Source: Paramicrosporidium saccamoebae KSL3 (taxonomy: Eukaryota > Fungi > Cryptomycota). From it: DNA of 32,000 nt. Both the position numbers and the translations under genes were made by a program. Positions 28,577 through 32,000 of the stretch are shown here, one piece after another (the first letter of the stretch is position 1; each line of letters opens with the position of its first letter). The stretch lies in assembly GCA_002794465.1 (NCBI GenBank), contig MTSL01000143.1:3008-35007 (forward strand). Direction: 5' to 3'. The notes under the pieces were generated by a model. The model was not told the origin of the DNA. It did not search any database and saw nothing but the letters and a program-made list of their open reading frames with translations.

Positions 28577-29456
28577 ATGAGTCGGATCCATGAGATTGGT
28601 GTCAACGCCAATCATTGCGGGTATTGTCGAAAAGATGGCGAAACGTCCATCTCGTATATGCTACATGCACAACGTTTGACGGCTCATGACTACCAGGAGC
28701 TGATAGACCAAGGCTGGCGTCGAAGCGGCAATATCATCTATCTGCCTTTGTATCAAGCAACATGCTGTAAGCTCCAGTCAATAAGACTGAATAGCAGTGT
28801 ATTCGAAATGACAAGGTCGCAGCGAAAATGTCTGAAAGCGCTGTATCACTATCTGGATATCCCTCTTCCATCCGCAGTCTCTAGGATAGAGTAGCCCTCT
28901 CTTTTATTCATATTATAGATTCCTGGATGACACACTAAGGATTCTGAATGACTGTGCGGCTTACCAGTGTAGTATAAAGCCTGCTTCATTTTCTGAAGAA
29001 GTTTACCAAATTTATAGTCGATATCAGGTGGCTGTGCACGGCGATGATCCGTCTGAAGTATCCAGGAAAGGGTTTACGCAATTCCTCTGTTCATCGCCTT
29101 TGGTGGGCTTTGAACGATATGGGACATTTCATGTTCATTACAGCCTGCGTGGACAGCTAATGGCGGTCAGTGTCATTGATATCCTCCCAAACTGCATCTC
29201 CTCCGTCTATCTATTCTAGTATCCCTCCGCTGGTAAGCTAATCTTTAGCGATCCTGACTATCACCATCTCTCATGGGGCACCCTTTCTGCTCTTCTAGAA
29301 ATCGGTCTGGTTCGTACTATTGCAGCTGGCAGTCCCAATCTCCATTTTTATTATCTTGGCTACTACTTGCACGATTGTCCCAAACTTGCATACAAAGGTC
29401 GCTTCCAACCATCGGAGATTCTCAATCGAGACTCGAGCGAGTGGCTGCCCCTATGA
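28577..29456 (+). CDS. ATE1: Arginyl-tRNA--protein transferase Ate1 (273 aa), 3 exons
   Basis: Introns 28891-28918 (28 nt) and 29219-29248 (30 nt). Motifs CGYC, YQELIDQGWRRSG..IY.P....CC, YSRYQVAVHGD, GTFHVHY, AVSVIDILPNCISSVYLFY/DPDY, LGYYLHDCPKLAYK. Confidence 0.9.
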
Positions 29457-29489
29457 GTGTATAAAATTGTGAAGTCTGTGCTTATAATA

Positions 29490-29772
29490 AAGATCCCATT
29501 GGGCGGTCTCCGCTTATAGCTGATGGTCCCCACCCGTAAAATGACCCCAATGGCCTTGGTGAGGGTGGATATATATCAAACGCCACATACTGTGGTAAAA
29601 GAACTCTGTTCACCAGGAGACCCTTTCAAGTAGTATCCGCTTATAATGGTGCCTCTAATAATGATATACTAGCGTACTAACAAGCCCTGCTAGATAGTAC
29701 CCGCTTGTGATTAGCGGTCCCAGCCCAGATATTGAGGATGGCGGCCTATAAAGGCGTCACAGACTTTAACTA
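29490..29772 (-). repeat. Family A, copy 7 plus degenerate tandem fragments (inverted)
   Basis: The reverse complement of 29690-29772 reads GTTAAAGTCTGTGACGCCTTTATAGGCCGCCATCCTCAATAT..GGGACCGCTA..CACAAGCGGGTACTA. The segment 29490-29655 carries further fragments (CACCATTATAAGCGGATACTA). Confidence 0.7.
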
Positions 29773-29896
29773 ATTCACCCACCAACAAACCCTTTATTCT
29801 TGGGCCCAGATTTACACTCTCAATTGCTCATAATTTTTTATCTCCCGCAAAGACAAATTCATTTCATAGTTTATTTTCCACACTACCGAATTCGGA

Positions 29897-31990
29897 ATGC
29901 TACACCCACCACACACACGACTAACCCTAAGGATAAGAGCTGTAAAGGTTAATAAGCAGTCGGCTCGGACACCCTATGTACAGATTAGAATTGGCCACCG
30001 CATTTTGTTCACCCCAAAACGGGCAATAGAAGTTCCATGGGACGACGCTTTTGATTTTGATTTATCACTCCATGAGCATCTATTTCACACTGTTCAATTA
30101 GATGTCTACGAGTCGCGCGTTCTACTTCCAAAGCTGCACTATGGGAGGGCGGAAATCCGACTATACAAATTGGCCAACAGATCCATTGTTTCTCCGACGT
30201 GGTATGACCTGAAGAGTCGGTACCATTGTTATGCAAACTTGCAGGATCTTGGAGTCAACGAGGACTGTCCTGCAAACCAGATACTTGGCTCAATCATGCT
30301 GGAAATGAAGTACCAAATTGTTGGACGCGCGAAAAAGAGCAAAGATTTTCGATCAGTGAATATTGAGGGGCCATACCCCGCTCCCGCCATTAGAAGGTCA
30401 GCCTCCCTACCAAGTCTCCTTCCATCTAACATGTCTGATGCCGACGAAGAGCAGGTGGACGCTGGATCCACATATTCGCTGGCAAAAACATCAATACAAT
30501 CAGATAGCACCAACTATTCGCAAACAGGAGATTTGCAGGAAGTACAATCCGAAATCAAAGCCACCCAGGAGATTAACTCGCTCTTGAGAAAAGTCACCTC
30601 TTGGGTGTTCACCACTGAAGATCATTCCGTGCTGCAGAATATCATGAATGGTATTGCCGGGTTTGGACAGGGTATTGAGACGGGCCACTTTGCATTGACA
30701 ATTTCGTTTTTGCTAGTCACGCGGTTTTATCGCCATCAGACAATGCCATTCACCAACAACATTATTCTGAATAAGAATGATTTAGAGGTGCCCAGGATTG
30801 TGTATAGATACGCTTACGCAGCCCATGGATGGCAGGCACTAGTCTTTTTTGGCAAACGAAGCGGCTCTCTTTCAGATGTGCTTAACTCGACGGGAAATTA
30901 TCGGGCAGTGACAGAATATTTGCAGTTAGAGCCCCAGGACATGTTGATTTGTGACCTGGACCAAACCAAACTGTTTAGGCCCAACTTTTATATTGCAATC
31001 GATCGCCGACTTTCGGCAGTCATCCTCAGCATCCGAGGTACAATGAGTATTCGTGATACGTTGACAGATTTGAGTTTTGAGTACGTCGCATGGAATGGGG
31101 GAATTGCTCATTCTGGGATGCTGGCAGCCGCTCAGTGGTTTTTGGATAACATTGCCAGCCAGTTAATCGTATTTGCTCAGGAGTATGACCTTCAACAAAT
31201 CATTATTACTGGCCATTCTCTTGGTGGTGCAACTGCATCGCTTACCACAATTATGATTAGTGAAGATCTCACAAGGAGAAATGCATGGCCACAAACTCGT
31301 GACGGAAAGCCTATGAAGATTCACTGCTATTCATATGGCACTCCGGCGGTTCTTTCGGCCAATCTCACGGAGCGATATCTCGATTTAATTGATAGTTTCA
31401 TTGTGGGCGACGATCTTGTTCCTCGTCTAAGCTATGGCACTTTGGCAGACTTGCAAACCTTGATAATGTATGCTGCAGAAGTAGGCCGGGCCTCTGACCT
31501 CCTCGGCAATTATAACAATGCTTCCCTTTTCCAAAAGTTGGAGATTTGCAGACGTGTTATTCAAGAAGGGAAGAAAGTCCTTAATCCAAAGTTGAGGATT
31601 CCGGGCCGAGTTCATCACATCCAGACCATCAAGGCTCCGGGTGGCAAGACGTACACTGTTGTTGATACTTGCGGACCAGAACGGTTCCTCGAGATTGCCT
31701 TTCGGCGTAATATGCTCTTGGATCATCTTCCCAGTCGATACGAGCAGGCATTTGAAGAGGCATACGTTACTTATCTCCTTCATGACATTCAGGAAGAGCA
31801 AAACGGAGAGACGGACACTTCAGTTTTACTCCAAGACAAGGTGCAGTCAGTACTCGACGAGGCGAGGCCCGATCTTACCCCTGATCTTACCAGCTGCGGG
31901 GTCTCGTCAGGAAATTCCACTCCAGAACTATTGCGGACCAATGATGCCATTGAGCCTAGTGAGATTAGCTCTAAACCAGTTGCAAAATAG
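29897..31990 (+). CDS. Class 3 lipase (DAG-lipase-like) with an N-terminal C2-like domain
   Basis: N-terminal C2-like pattern (PYVQIRIG...PWDDAFDF...QLDVYE...GRAEIRL). Lipase core ILSIRGTMS..DTLTD, AHSGML.AAQW, ITGHSLGG, DDLVPRLS, LDHLP. Confidence 0.85.
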   Translation: MLHPPHTRLTLRIRAVKVNKQSARTPYVQIRIGHRILFTPKRAIEVPWDDAFDFDLSLHEHLFHTVQLDVYESRVLLPKLHYGRAEIRLYKLANRSIVSPTWYDLKSRYHCYANLQDLGVNEDCPANQILGSIMLEMKYQIVGRAKKSKDFRSVNIEGPYPAPAIRRSASLPSLLPSNMSDADEEQVDAGSTYSLAKTSIQSDSTNYSQTGDLQEVQSEIKATQEINSLLRKVTSWVFTTEDHSVLQNIMNGIAGFGQGIETGHFALTISFLLVTRFYRHQTMPFTNNIILNKNDLEVPRIVYRYAYAAHGWQALVFFGKRSGSLSDVLNSTGNYRAVTEYLQLEPQDMLICDLDQTKLFRPNFYIAIDRRLSAVILSIRGTMSIRDTLTDLSFEYVAWNGGIAHSGMLAAAQWFLDNIASQLIVFAQEYDLQQIIITGHSLGGATASLTTIMISEDLTRRNAWPQTRDGKPMKIHCYSYGTPAVLSANLTERYLDLIDSFIVGDDLVPRLSYGTLADLQTLIMYAAEVGRASDLLGNYNNASLFQKLEICRRVIQEGKKVLNPKLRIPGRVHHIQTIKAPGGKTYTVVDTCGPERFLEIAFRRNMLLDHLPSRYEQAFEEAYVTYLLHDIQEEQNGETDTSVLLQDKVQSVLDEARPDLTPDLTSCGVSSGNSTPELLRTNDAIEPSEISSKPVAK

Positions 31991-32000
31991 TGTCATCAGA

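Overview
Gene-dense eukaryotic chromosomal segment of fungal type, made almost entirely of housekeeping genes with 20-700 bp spacers. I reconstruct 20 protein genes by hand: ABCC transporter (5'-partial), SmF, AGC1-type mitochondrial carrier, beta-tubulin, Med4, Sub1/PC4, prefoldin 5, Nug1/GNL3, Naa30/Mak3, Vps55, EPT1/CPT1, casein kinase 1, Osh3-like ORP, a 91-aa orphan, Uba1, Nar1, a PNUTS-like PP1 regulator, Nsr1-like, Mix17/CHCHD2-like, Ate1 and a C2/class-3 lipase, plus one candidate repeat ORF. The 28 introns I could place are all GT-AG and 28-36 nt long; every spliced CDS closes in frame. Compaction, tiny introns and retained mitochondrial genes suggest an early-diverging fungus near Rozellomycota/microsporidia (inference only). 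Main surprises: (1) the Vps55 gene appears to need a single-nucleotide exon at 12277; (2) an unrecognised ~110-170 bp TATA-containing repeat occurs at least 7-8 times in spacers, on both strands; (3) a 4 x 69-bp array upstream of NSR1 may encode a 23-aa-period FGFE[S/P]WI peptide. No rRNA, tRNA, CRISPR array or transposase was recognised. All alignments and coordinates were done by eye.
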